A stretch of DNA of 64,000 nucleotides from Antedon mediterranea (GCF_964355755.1 NC_092674.1:6758001-6822000); one strand, 5' to 3'; positions 1 through 12,847 are shown, numbered from the stretch's first letter. Numbers and translations are program-made. Notes: generated by a model not told the origin, from the letters alone.

Positions 1-68
1 CAAATAAATATGGTAATATAAAAATAAGACATTTAAAATAGAATTTAGATATGAATACTAAATAGAAT

Positions 69-3000
69 TTATACGCATGTTGTTAATATTTCTCCATGAA
101 ATGTGCGTTTCTTTGGAATGCATGGAGCATCACAATCATTATTTATATCATCATTATCATCAAAAACATCATCATTATCATCAAAAACATCATCATTATC
201 ATCATCTTCATCTTTTCCAGTCAACATTTTTTGATGCACCTCATCTTTAACGGTCACATTATCGGCTGCCGCCGTTTGGTCCTCCTTTAACTTAATTATA
301 GCCCTACAAACCACATTTATGGCCTCCGAATTACCCACTTCTTTTAATGCTGTCAGAAATTTTTCCATAGGTAATTCCAGAGTATGCAGATATTGATGAA
401 GCCTTACATAAGACCCAAGACTGTTTATTCTAGCTTGATCTGTAATTCCAAGTGCAGACGCCAAATGTCTCCAACATTTAATTGGCGGTTCAGGATCTTT
501 ACGTGGGTTAAGCAGCTCTGCTAGACGGTCAGTTGTGTTGATATTAAGATCAGTATAGCCAAATCCTATTGGTAACAAGAAAACAACAACATAAGATGAT
601 ATACACATGGAATAATGAATGTTTTTGACTAATACTTCTATCCATTTTTTCATGACCAATTTGTCAAAAGGGAACCTGTTACTTAAATTCCTTTTTGATC
701 GCGTGACTAACTACAGGTACAGTATTTAGGTAATTTTCCGTATGTTATTTTGACAATTGAGTCTTAACCTTAAACTGTACATACCATTGCAATATTCATA
801 GGCTTTGTAAAGAAGACTGCTACTATTAGTTTCATCCTCAGGTTTCTAAAAGAAAAAACACAAAACATAAATACTGGATTTTGAAGATGACTGCTACTGG
901 AAGCCCACCAATGTTTAATCATTCCTGTACTTATTTGCATATATATGTAAATTAAGCAGTAGGAAAACTGTCATTATTAATAAATTAATCATAAATGTTT
1001 TAGTATTTCCTGTACATATTTGTTGCCAGTTAATCGTGTAGTTCTCGCTCTAGAATATAAATAAAATATTTTATTTTGAATAAAGATTAATAAAGAAAGC
1101 AAGAATTTACCTTTTTTGTGCAAGTTCTTGTTACCATCTCAATATTGGCAGTGCAATCTTTATCTGAGATGTAGTTGGTTGAAGACGATGTTTGAGGAGG
1201 AATATAGCTACAAATAATAAAATTAACTCTACTTGGCATCTACATCATTGATAAGGCTAGGTTACAGTTTCAGAAAGACTATTTATCATTAAACATAGCA
1301 CTAAGTTGTACATTACATAATAACATAAAAATCTTCACTTGAAAAAGAGTGCATTCAGAATTACAAATATCTCTCAGGGGCACCTGTGACTACAACTTGT
1401 TTTGTATCATTTATGAAAAACAATATATTATATATAATCAGATTACTTACATCTGAGTTGCATATCTCGGAAGACCTGAAAATGGAATAAAGTTGGATGA
1501 ATTTGACACGAGTAAATCAATTAAATTCATTCTGTAAGAATCTGAGCATCAATCAGACTTAGCTTAGATAAGACTGGAATTGGAAACACACAGAAAATTG
1601 AAAAGGGAACCTTTAATTTGAACAATCTTGCTTTAGGCAAGAAAAAAAAACACACAAAAAATACTTAATAGTACACAATAGAGCAATTTCCTATAATCTA
1701 AACAATTTAGTAAATATTCATTCTACATAGATAGAGCAATTGTCTACTTTGTAAATAGCTTTTAAAGGCATAACAAAAAAAACCTACCACGCATACAACA
1801 ATAGCCTTTTATACCTTTAAAAGCACAAAACAATATGATGACAGTCATGTTTACAACAGATAAAATGAATATCCAGAAGTTGAAAGTTTTGAAATCCATC
1901 TTAACGCAGAAAAAGTAGCCTGGTTTACGGCTGTCATCTTTGGAGAAAAAAAACGAGAGAAAAATACAAATGTTTAGTTATTATATTACTGAGACAAATC
2001 CTTAATCTTTTTTAATGTAATGAGTCCCTTTTCATAGCTTTTGTGTGCATGCTGTTAGAAAAACAAACAAGAATAATAATTAGCATAAGCTTTTCTTAAA
2101 AATTTTCGCAGTTTTAATTTGGCAAAATAGAATTTTTGCTATAGTTCTTTTATTAGTTGTTTTTTTAACGATAATGTCCACAATTTTAAAAATATAGGTT
2201 AAAAATGCCTATTGAATTCTTAAAAAATCGTTTCATTAATAACTTAAAAAAAAAAAAAAAATCTGTATTATTTTAACTTGGGCTGAAATATCAAGTAGTG
2301 TACCCTGTCTCTCCTTGCCAAGTACTTCACTCAGTTTCTGAGTGCTTTCAATTATTATTTATACTTACTATCATCTGAAGTGGAATTCACACATGCCTGT
2401 ACGGATTCATAATTTTTATTCTCTTCTAAAAAACAAAACAGAATCATAATGGTCTCATTAAAACACTAGATAGTGGTCCTATTGGTGGGTATCTTTGATA
2501 CCTATAATGTATGGCTATGAATTGGTGAGTCACCTTTTTTGTGGGATATCACTGTAAAGTTACAATTATTCCAGTGATTTGGAGGATACAAAGTACAAAC
2601 AAATATACTACTATAAGCCTACTGCTAACAATATAGATTTATACAAAGATTATTTATATAGAAACAACATTATATATTCAGTGGTGTAACTGCTATGAGA
2701 ACTTACAGGCTAAATGAGAGCAAAGAGGAAAATCCAGGATTTAAAATACATCAAAAAAGGCTGAAACATCTAAGGCCTACAGCGTTGAAGGGTTTCTGAA
2801 CCGTACACCACTGTATATATCTAACTGGATTATAAGTATTTCTTATTTTTCTTTATTTTAGTTACCTACCTGTATTTTCAATTGAAATATTTGCAAAATT
2901 AATGCTTTTTTTTTCAATTCGAAAGTTGTGTTGGCTATCAGCATCCCATACAGCTTTACAATAATATACTGCATCATCTGGTTCCAATATAAACAGCATC

Positions 3001-5180
3001 TTTCCCTTCTCAACAAACTTGTTCTCATCTGTTGTGTCCAAAGCCTCATCATTTCGATACCAGACATACCTTGTGTCGGCTCTATTGGACGACAACTCAC
3101 ACACGACGTTTACCACGTTTTTAAAAGACACTGTTGGAGGATCTAAAGAAATCATTTTTATATACGGTAATTATTTTTGGGCTTTTAATTACACAATGTT
3201 ATATATGTGCCTTCACATTGTGGAATTGAAACATACGAATATTAGAGTTCCTATCAATGAATGTTTATATTTTATAATAAATTGAATTATGAATAAATCG
3301 AAAAAAAAAGATTATTGGTCACCTTCACAGCCAAACAGGTTTCCGCGGTCTTTGTGCTCACACCGTGTGCAAGTTTCCCTCCTGCTGTCCCAACCGTAAC
3401 TATAATAGAACTCATTGTTTCAATCATGTATATAATAAAAACTAAAACACTAATTTTGACCGTGACAAAATTCCTGGTACTCCCATGGGATTCGAACACA
3501 TACCCTGATATTTTCTAAGCCATGCCACACATAATAGCCTACTTGTGTTATAAACACAAATCAAAATTTGTGCAATGAACCGAAACAAGAAGGTAATGAT
3601 TTGTCTATATGTATTGTAACTTACCCACTATGGCACGCCCCGGTAACTTACCCACTATGGCACGCCCCGGTAACTTACCCACTATGGCATGCCCCGGTAA
3701 CTTACCAACTATGGCACGCCCCGGTAACTTACCCACTATGGCACGCCCCGGTAACTTACCCACTATGGCACGCCCCGGTAACTTACCCACTATGGCACGC
3801 CCCGGTAACTTACCCACTATGGCACGCCCCGGTAACTTACCCACTATGGCACGCCCCGCAGACAGCAGAAGATTCATTTGTACAGCTTCTTATTGTCTGC
3901 TGATTTGGGCACAAGTTGCACGGATGACATCTACTATCATCCTCAGTCTCACTGTACGTTTTTCCAGTTACACATGCTGTACACCTGTCCCTTTTCATTT
4001 CTCCATTGCCACAGTCTCTCTATGAAACCAAAACATTAAGTTAAAATGGTTTTAGGTTTAGTTTTATCCAGGTTCATTTTATTTTAAAGATTGTTCCCCC
4101 GAAAAAATAAATTTATAATAACTTAATTTTGTTGAATGAGAGTTACTGTAGACTTGATTTGACCAAATATTGAATCGGAAAAAAAAACCAAAAAATTTAC
4201 CTGAAATATTGTAGTCAAATTGTCAGACAATGAGTTTTAAATTAACCCATTTTTCTGTATGTTTTATTTGTTATGGAAGTGAATAGTCAAAGTCTATTTA
4301 TTATTCTTCCTTTTTCATGGTTTCCCAAACAAAGCAATAAACAGAAAATATCAATTCTACCTCAAAGTATCCATAACCAGGTGGACATGTCGTGGGACAT
4401 GTCTTACAAGTTTGTGTTTTCTCATCAAAATACACATCTTTTCCTGTACACTCTGAGTTAGCAGCTTGGCACTAAAAAAGACAACAAAATTAAAGAGTCG
4501 TTATAAGTAAAGCAACCAAAGTGGATTCATATTTTGAACATTTCAATGCAAAGATGGGACATTAGGTTAAGTTCAGCACTTCATTTACAATGTTTAGGCA
4601 AATCCCTATCCAATCCTGGATCTGGCAGTTTCAATTTTCAAGATTCTTATACTACTAGTTTCCAAATTTCGATATGCAATGCTATCTTTCAAGTCCTACC
4701 CCTATTTCAAATTGCTTGTTTACTTCACCATTTTACAAAATGTGGTGTAGTACCAAACATCTAGTATATTTCATAATAAACAGTTTAAACCCCTGGCCAA
4801 GTTTTTCTAAAATGTTCAATTACAGTACCTCACAAAAACTCATGATTTAAGCTATTGAACATGTATTTAGTAGTAGTAGAACAAAAATAAATTGGGATGG
4901 TTTGAATTTATTTTTTATTTTTTTTGTATTTTGTATTAATATTTGTCTTCAGTGAGGAAATTCGGATTTGATAACATATACAAGGGCATCACATAAATAC
5001 AAAGTTATGGTGGGTATAGGGTACACAAACCTATTAGTGTATTTTACTGGATTATGCTCAAGTTATTAATAGTAGTTAGCAAAATGATATTAAACAAAAG
5101 ATCATGCATACCTCAATAAAACCAGACCAAATGAGAAATTGACAAAATATAGGAATATATATAATATAATGTAACATCAT
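69..5180 (-). CDS. TNF-receptor-superfamily-like type I membrane protein (signal peptide, TNFR Cys-rich repeats, Ig domain, TM, death domain); 11 coding exons, 531 aa
   Basis: Exons with GT-AG ends and matching phases: 5180-5112 (MMLHYIIYIPIFCQFLIWSGFIE), 4471-4361 (CTGKDVYFDEKTQTCKTCPTTCPPGYG), 4019-3841 (DCGNG..CTAC..CHPCNLC..C..CGAC), 3399-3323, 3142-2870 (Ig: C..WYRN..DDAVYYC), 2425-2369, 1937-1788 (TM FWIFILSVVNMTVIILFCAF), 1475-1451, 1207-1111, 845-785, 565-69 (death domain LAELLNP..CWRHLASALG, acidic tail). They sum to 1596 nt in one open frame. Confidence 0.85.
141..212 (-). repeat. Coding low-complexity Asp/Asn repeat (DDNDDVF-like units) in the receptor C-terminus
   Basis: catcatcattatcatcaaaaa 21-bp units; translation DEDDDNDDVFDDNDDVFDDNDDINND. 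Confidence 0.8.
3616..3858 (-). repeat. Minisatellite, 9 x 27 bp, spanning an exon/intron junction of the TNFR-like gene
   Basis: Unit gtaacttacccactatggcacgccccg (minus strand CGGGGCGTGCCATAGTGG|GTAAGTTAC); two single-base variants. Confidence 0.97.
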
Positions 5181-5331
5181 AGATTCATAATGTTCATTAT
5201 TATTAAATTATGGTATTATAACAGCCACACCAATCTGAAAATCAAAAGAACATATCATAATAAAATCTGCTGGTAATGACGATGTATTTGTTTTTTTGAG
5301 ATAAATGTAGTTTTTTATATAGGCTTTTCAT

Positions 5332-6857
5332 CGGGTGTCACAAAACCTAAGACCACGAAAGCTAAGACCCCCTAAGACCTAAGATCACGAAAGCTAAGAC
5401 CCAAGACCTAAGATTAAAAATATTTATCTTTCGCACCTGCCTTGTATTTTAACTCCCAACATTTATTCTGAATACCACACCTTAGAATTGGCACTTTCAT
5501 GAAAAAGAATCACATAAAAAGTAACAAATACATTTTTAAATTGATGATTTTACAGACGTTTTTCTCGCACACAAAATGACTAGCCTACAGTACAGTACGC
5601 CTACCCCATGTTCAATGTTTTTGTTTCTATGGAACGTCAAAAGAGCAAAAATGATATAGAGGGCTGAAAACTCTGTGGAGTCCATCTACAGTGTGGATGG
5701 AACAATGTAGAATTAAAATTGTAATGATAATAGTATAATCATGCAAGTACGAGGAAATAAATACTGGCAAATAAATTTTAATTAAAAAATCATGATAAGT
5801 TTTTTTGTTTCGTTTTCTTTCTGTTTTTATACTTGTACTATTATTGTTGCTCTTTTGGCGCTCCATAGAAACAAAAACATTGAGCATGGGGAGCTCGAGG
5901 AGTTACATTACAGTATACAAAGAAACACATCTGTAAAATCATAAATTTAAAGGATTTATTTATTTGTTATGTGTTTCTCCTTCTGAAAGTACTTATAAGT
6001 CCTAATTTTAAAGTGTGGTGTTCAGGATAAAGTTAGTCAACAAATTTGGAGTCAAAATACAAGAAAGGCAGGTGCGTAAGAAAAACATCCTCTGAACCAA
6101 CACAATGGAGTAAATATATACAAACAAACACCCCGTCAAGTTTGTTTGTTGTAAAGAAAAACGTTATGTCTAAAGATACGGTACCGTATCCATACTTTTA
6201 AAAACTAAAGGTACGGTGATTATAGAGGGCGCTATGTAATGTGGATGTTAATCAATTAGGTTATTGCATTGGTTTTCTGCAAGCCAGCTGTGTAGCCTAG
6301 TTGGCATGTGGTGAGGCTTTGGCTTAAGGGGTTGTAGGTTCGATACTCTTCATGACGTCTTTTTTAAATTTTTATTTTTTAGTTTTTAATTTAAGAGAGA
6401 TTATTTAGAGGGTTAGGTTTTTAATATTTAGGAAGGAGTTTAATATTTAGGAACGAGTTTTATATTTAGGAACGAGTTTTATATTTAGGTACGAGTTTTA
6501 GGAATGCAATTTTACCGTACTTTTAGCAAACGGAAGCACCCTCTATAATTACCGTATCTTTAGTTTTTAAAAGCATGGATACGGTACCGTATCTTTAGCA
6601 ACGGCGAAAGAAAAAATATATATTTACTCAACGGGCGAAAATAATGTGAGTTTATCTATGTTTTGCGGTGGTATTAAATTATATTTATGGTAATAAATGA
6701 AACCTACTGTGTTTAAAATTATGTATGGATAAACAAGTATTGTTTTTAAGCTGTAGTATATCTTAGAATTTGTAATCTTAGGTCTTGGGTCTCAGCTTTC
6801 GTGATCTTAGGTCTTAGGGGGTCTTAGCTTTCGTGGTCTTAGGTTTCGTGACACCCG
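5332..6857. mobile_element. Non-autonomous DNA transposon with ~80-bp TIRs and internal nested foldback elements
   Basis: TIR cgggtgtcacaaaacctaagacc.. / ..ggtcttaggtttcgtgacacccg. Flanking direct repeat is cttttcat (8 bp), or gcttttcatc (10 bp) if the termini are GGG..CCC. Confidence 0.85.
6170..6598. mobile_element. MITE with ~60-bp TIRs nested inside the 5332..6857 element
   Basis: ctaaagatacggtaccgtatcc..tatagaggg / ccctctata..ggatacggtaccgtatctttag; internal tRNA-like segment and short tatttaggaacgagtt repeats. Confidence 0.75.
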
Positions 6858-7107
6858 CTTTTCATCGAGATTAACAAATCAATGCCTTCGGACAAGTTCT
6901 GACATGTCACTTTCCCTTTAAACTTTAAAAAAACATTTACCATGTGGAGCTAAAAATGCAGTAGCATTTAACGTTACATTAACCATGGATATTTATTTAC
7001 TTCATGCACCACACTTGCCAAAATTCCTTAATACCACCATGCTACTATATCATCTACTTAAGTAGCCCTTAAGTCTAAAATTTTAGAAATTATTATAGTA
7101 AACCTAC

Positions 7108-7200
7108 CGTAAGTTGTTGATGGTTCTATTGTCAGATCGTGAATGACGAAATGTTTATTATGATCACCGACGTCATTCTTTGCGCCATCTAGAACGTTCT
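7108..7200 (-). promoter_or_regulatory. Putative non-coding first exon and promoter of the TNFR-like gene
   Basis: Minus-strand donor ACG|GTAGGT at 7107; locally CpG-richer with CRE-like gacgtca and YY1-like gccatc. The acceptor at 5234 requires an upstream exon. Confidence 0.4.
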
Positions 7201-7499
7201 GGGCATGTACATTATATTTAGGGGGAGGCCTATGACAAACAATCTACTATATATCCCAAATTAAGCTCATCCGAACTCATAGATTCATTATAAATAATCA
7301 TTATCATCATTATAAATATATAAATACATTTAATAACAATGTAATCACTGAAGTAAAGTGTATGTAATAAGTTCTATTTGATGTTTTGAGTTCTTTATAG
7401 ATAATGAAATCTTCCATACATTGTTAGTGGGCCGGCGGAATATCAAACTTGTTCATCTTTTAATTATAGAGGGAGCAAGTCTGTTTTTTTTTAGCAAAC

Positions 7500-7865
7500 T
7501 ACTATATTATTGATCGATAGTTCTCCCATCTATCAACTATGGTTGTTCAGTATGGTGCTCTTTAAGTAGAATAGATATAGATAAACTAGAGCGTCTCCAG
7601 CTCCAAATGGCGCGTTATATCTTAAAAGCACCTCGAAATACACCTTGTGCCGCCTTATATGGAGAGCTTGGTTGGTCTCCAATTAACGAGATTCATAACG
7701 CTCTTCGTATGAAATACTTCCATAGAATTATAAAGATGGAAAACTATCGATGGCCAAAAATTATGTTTAGGCCTATTGGAATGCTACAACTTAATTGTGA
7801 ATTTAAAGACAAGTTAAAGATAAGTTTCTATCTTGTATAAACGATATTCTCTTGAAGTGTAATAA
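7500..7865 (+). mobile_element. Non-LTR retrotransposon ORF2 fragment (5' part, interrupted at 7865)
   Basis: LERLQLQMARYILKAPRNTPCAALYGELGW..YFHRI..RWPK, typical post-RT region of LINE ORF2. Confidence 0.7.
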
Positions 7866-8039
7866 AGTCCAGTCAATCTAGTGATATTTAGAGGTAAACC
7901 CACCACAAATTGCAATAGTAACGAAACATTAATTTTTTCATTCCAAATGTAGTTTATAATGACATATTAAAAGTCACCAAAAATTGAAGCATTGGAACAC
8001 ATTATTTTTTACGTAATCTCAACAACTATATAGTGATTT

Positions 8040-8800
8040 TATTCCATAAATATTTTGGGGTAGGGGGTAACATTTATGCCCATAACTTGTGGTTTTATAA
8101 TCCAATCTCAATAATCTTGATATCAATGTGTAGAATATATATTTTTTTTCTAATATGCAATTTACAAAAACAAAATACAACATTTATTTATATAACTAGA
8201 GGTCAAAAGGTTATTGACCTTTTACAAAAACTCATTTTTTTCCTTAAAAAAATGATTAACTGTAATATTGTGCCATAATTGTATATGCATTTAATCAAAA
8301 TTGTGTTTTATCTGTACCCATCGATATATAAAATAGCAAACATGATGTTAACTAGAAGAATTTTAAAAGTAATGATGTACTATTCTTATTGAAATTGATT
8401 CTTGATCAAATGTAATGTAAACAATTTTGGGGTAGGGGGTAGCGTTTATGCCTATAATCCATTGTTTTATAATCATATCTAAATAGCTTTAGTACCAATG
8501 TGTAGAGTATATATATCCTACTAATAATATACATTAAAAAACAATTAATAACAGTTATACGTAACTAGAGGTCAAAAGGTCATTGACCTTTTACAAAAAC
8601 TCAAATGTTCTTAAAATAGCGTAAAACTAAATTATGTTTATATATATTATATTTATATTTTGGAAGTATTTGGTGCAAATAATGTTTTTCTTGTACCTAT
8701 TGTATCGTCATGAAATAGGAAAAATTATACTAGCTAGAAGAAAATTGAAATTCATTAGCGGTATGTACTATTGATGATTAATTAATGAGTCTTGATAATT
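8040..8800. repeat. Diverged ~370-bp direct duplication within the transposon arm
   Basis: ttttggggtagggggta and taactagaggtcaaaaggt..ttgaccttttacaaaaactca each occur twice, about 370 bp apart. Confidence 0.75.
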
Positions 8801-8849
8801 TGGAATCAACTCATGATCTACTATAGATAGATTTTTGATAATTTTAGTA

Positions 8850-9720
8850 TCAACGAATGTACGTAATGAGAAGTATTTTATCTTCGCAGGGTTGCGTCTT
8901 CTCTCCTCTCTTGTATATTATATACACGGATGACTGTCGGAGCAAACAGGACAATCTTTTCAAATTTGCTGACGACACTGTCTTGTTGTCTCTCCTTCAA
9001 AATTCACAGGACGGTCATGGTTCCGCATTAGATGGTTTTATCCAATTTTGTGGAAACTCCTACTTGGAACTCAATGTCACCAAAACCAAGGAGATAATTG
9101 TAGATTTTAGGAAGGAGAAAGGACGCAGCCCTCTGGTATCCCCCACAAATGACGAACCAGCGATATTGTCCATTCCTTTAAATACCTAGGTACTATATTT
9201 GAGGACAATCTCAGCTGGCAATTAAATACAGAGGCAATAGTAAAGAAAGGACACCAGAGACTTTATCTGTTAAGGAAGCTGAACCATTTTAATGTCAATA
9301 AAGTAATTCTCATGGTTTTTTATAATTCCTTTATTGAGAACGTTTTAACTTTTTTCCTTTATATGCTGGTTTTTTAGTCTTAGGGTCAAAGAGAGAAACT
9401 CACTACAAAGTTGTTAACTTAAGTTCTAAATTAATAGGTTGTCAACTTCGTAGCTTGTCTTCCTTCTGTGACATGCACACTCTAGAAAAAAGTAGAGCTA
9501 TTCTAAAAAATGTTAACCATGCCTTGTTCAGTGATTTCGAGCTCATGCCTCATGGGCGTCGCTTTCAATGCCCGGCATGTAGAACAAACTGGAAAAGAAA
9601 TTCGTTTTTGCCAGTTGCCATCCGACTCTTAAATTCTTGAACTTTGACTCTTGCTATATTGTACTGTATATTGTGATATTTTTGTATATTTTGTAAGATC
9701 ATTTTAATCCAGACCTTTTT
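8850..9720 (+). mobile_element. Rex1/Babar-like LINE reverse-transcriptase fragment nested in the Academ-like element
   Basis: QGCVFSPLLYIIYTDD, KFADDT, LELNVTKTKEIIVDFRK, C-terminal RTN..RNSFLPVAIRLLN; frameshifted. Confidence 0.85.
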
Positions 9721-11974
9721 ATTTGAATTGCTTCGTGTGGGATGATATTGTTTAATCCTTCAAATAGAAAAGGACTCACAACTTATATGTCATCAGTATC
9801 ACTTTCTTGTTCGGGTATTAGTACAGTGCAATGCCATTGCATTCACCACATGTAGTTCTAGTTACCCCTGAATGCTTCAAGGAGATACTCAGGCTCTGGC
9901 TTTAAGTCTGTGTGTAGAGGAACCATGTTTCCATCATCTGATCTTCCATCCCCAATCCTCGGTACACATATCAACCCCACTCCATTGCTAAAAGATAACT
10001 TGAACTTGAACCTGATGTTAAGTACCTTGGTTGTGGTACGATTATAAAGTTGGCGATATGCGAGGTTGTACTTGTAGATGGGATGGAGTCAAAGGCATTC
10101 CACGTTGTCCAGGTAGTCCATTGTACAGACGCACTGAACCATTTTCTCTAGCAACCACAATGTCATCCTTTGTAGCTTGTTTGCATTTGAAGACTACAGC
10201 ATAATGTCAGAAATAAGTGCAATGACAAGCTTTTTTTAGAGCCACTTGTTTTCCAATTCCGAAAACTCTGGATGTTGTGTCACCAGTATCGCATGAGCAA
10301 ACAGAAGGTTATCACAGATGTCTCTCAAATGTACTGTTTGAACCAGTTTGATAGTCCAGCATCTCAGCTCCAGTCTAAAGAATATCACAAGATGTTTTAA
10401 ATGCTTGACTGCAGAGGAGCACTAGTAGATTCGTGTCATCGGATAATGACAGCTGTTTTCCTGTTTGCTGATTCAATGGTTTTTTGTACTATCCGAAAGA
10501 ACATCTGCATCAGCAGCTGCATTCACTCATTGCCATGTTGTTCAAATATAAGTTACGAAGATTTATAAATTGTTGTTTGTTACAGAAAGTGATCCTATTT
10601 TGTGGAACATGTCACTGGTAAAATGTACAGGGACACTACCACCTGACCCGCCTTACCATGTGCGCCGTCTTTGGTGGACGAGCCGCTTTCATAATTATCA
10701 AAGACTATGCAGAGCAATATGTTTTACAGATCTCTACACTATTCCATATGAATGCTGTGCAGTAGAGCACTACCATCTAAAATATAAGCCTACTGGACAT
10801 CATTCAGTGAGTTGGATGTATTAGACTTTTCAGAAGAAGTTGTTTCCACGTGGCATCATGTTGGTTTATTAGCTGAAAGTATTGTAAGTTGGTAGTTTCA
10901 AAAAGTGGTGGTGGATAACAAAGTCACATCGAGTCTCCTCTGGAACTGTAGGATTGATGCACACATATGACTTTATTGCCAGGATCTTGAATACATTGGA
11001 AGACTTTCTGGCCAAAATATTTAATGCTTAATACCACATTGCTAATATTCCGAGTCACCTGCAGTAACTCCCGTGTCAATGGTATGAAGTCTCTGAGTCG
11101 TAACCAAATGGATTTTTCAATTGCCATTGTGTTCCTGACGTGTGGCCATAAGGTCTTATGTTGGCCGCTGCTGCTCTGGAGTAACGCCCTTATACTATTA
11201 CAAGGCATTACATACATTTCAGCGCAGATTTGGTCTGGATGTACGCATTCCTATATTTTCTTGTCAAACCTCTTGTTTTCTTTGAGGCTTCTCATAGAAA
11301 CTTTTTCAATCACCTGCAGGTCTGTTGACAATCCAGCCCAGATGGTCCGAACGTCATACAACATGGAGGTCATTGTCAAACTGCTGTTGAATATCTTTGT
11401 ATTTCTAGTGGTTAAAAAATACTTATACATTCCAATATAAATACTGTAACCATGGCAACACAAATGCCAACTGGAAAAAATGGAATGTAGATCATCCAGA
11501 AGCAACAGGAACGGAGATGTCACTCATCTGCATCTTGAACTGGTCATGTGTATCGCGTTGGACTGAAATGTTCACCCCAGGGAATCCCTGTGTGTATACC
11601 ATTGTTGTTTACAGCGAAAACAACATTTTTAGCCAAAATTGACACATTATGTTGTGTTTTTTCGCAAAATTGACATTCTAAATAAAATGTTATGACTATA
11701 AGTTTGATATCACTGAATAGGAAATTTAATAAGCTTTCGGATGACATAAATCCCACTTGTATATAATGTATTTTAAATGGTTAAATATATGTAATTAATG
11801 GGGCATATTAATTTTGACATAAAATGACCTTTATTGACCTCTGACCCCTTGACCCAATGCTTGGATTTTCGGTGACTTTTAGTATGTCGTTCTACAAATT
11901 ATATCGAATTCAAAAATACTAGCTTTGTTACTATTGCAATTTGTGGTGGGTATATCATTAGATTGACTGGACTA

Positions 11975-12847
11975 TAACTGTGAATCCAAAAATATTTTCA
12001 CCACTCTCTCAAATTATAAAGAAGTCTACTTTCCAATTTCTGAAATCTTAAAGAAAACTTAACTATATAATGATAGATGAATGGAGAATTGAATTACAAA
12101 ATAAATCAAGTCTCCACATCTATGAAACATTAAAATCAAAACCTGGACTTGAAAATTACTTAATTCATATAACTAATTTTGAAGGTGCTGCATTAAAATT
12201 TAAAGCTCGTTCAAATACTCTACCTTTGAATGATAGAACTGCAAATTGGAATATTGAAAATAATAAAAAATGTAAATTGTGCGGTACAAATTCGGACGAA
12301 GCCATCCATCATTTCATCCTTAATTGTCCAGCTTTAAATAATATACGTAATCAGGAATTATTTAATTTATATGTGGATATGTATAGAAATGGCAGCAAAG
12401 ATATGTTTGATACTTTTTATACTTCTCATGAAAATGACAAACTTAAATATATTTTGGGATACTCAGATAATTTATTTGATGAAGAGTGTGAAAATATTTT
12501 GGATAGTTTTTGTAAAAGATACCTAAAACAAGCATGGAAATTTAAAAAAAAAATTGGGAGGAGGGGGGTTTCGTAATAAGCTGTGTTTATCAGTTGATTT
12601 TATTTTATTTTATACACTTTTACTATATCTTGTTTTGTATTCATTGTGTAAAGTAATGATCTACTGTATGTATCGATGTAAATTGGTGGGGGGGGGGGGG
12701 GGGTAGGATAGGGGTTGATAGTTGCTTTTGCCTTTTTTTACTTTTCTGTTAATTGTTTTATTTTATATTGTGAAGGATGCACCTTTGTGCTAAGTGTGCC
12801 ACCGATCTAAAGGTGTAATTCCAAATAAATAAATAAATAAAATAAAT
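11975..12847 (+). mobile_element. Non-LTR retrotransposon 3' part (CCHC zinc knuckle, 3' UTR, (taaa)n tail)
   Basis: ORF 12070..12576 with CKLC..E.IHHFILNC; A-rich tail; a similar 3' end recurs at ~17755-17815. Confidence 0.75.

Larger units (their letters stand above)
7866..11974 (-). mobile_element. Degenerate Academ-like DNA transposon
   Basis: Long imperfect TIRs (agtccagtcaatcta..cccaccacaaattgcaatagtaac) ending in CTA; probable 3-bp TSD taa. Frameshifted minus-strand motifs YILDGSALLH, IVFDNY..STKD.AH, ADADVL and HA...DTTSRVFGIGK at ~10250-10800 resemble the XPG-like region of Academ proteins. Confidence 0.7.

Noticed and set aside
3568-4025. Repetitive ORFs (VTYPLWHAP)n, (NLPTMARPG)n, (GRAIVGKLP)n
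   Set aside because: By-products of a 27-bp minisatellite; the real coding frame is the minus-strand TNFR exon 4019-3841
6285-6352. tRNA gene
   Set aside because: Only A/B-box-like remnants and no cloverleaf; part of a repeat. The same applies to the SINE heads at ~21050, 40536, 61190 and 63270.
10570-11756. Short ORFs as host genes
   Set aside because: They lie within the decayed Academ-like transposon coding region
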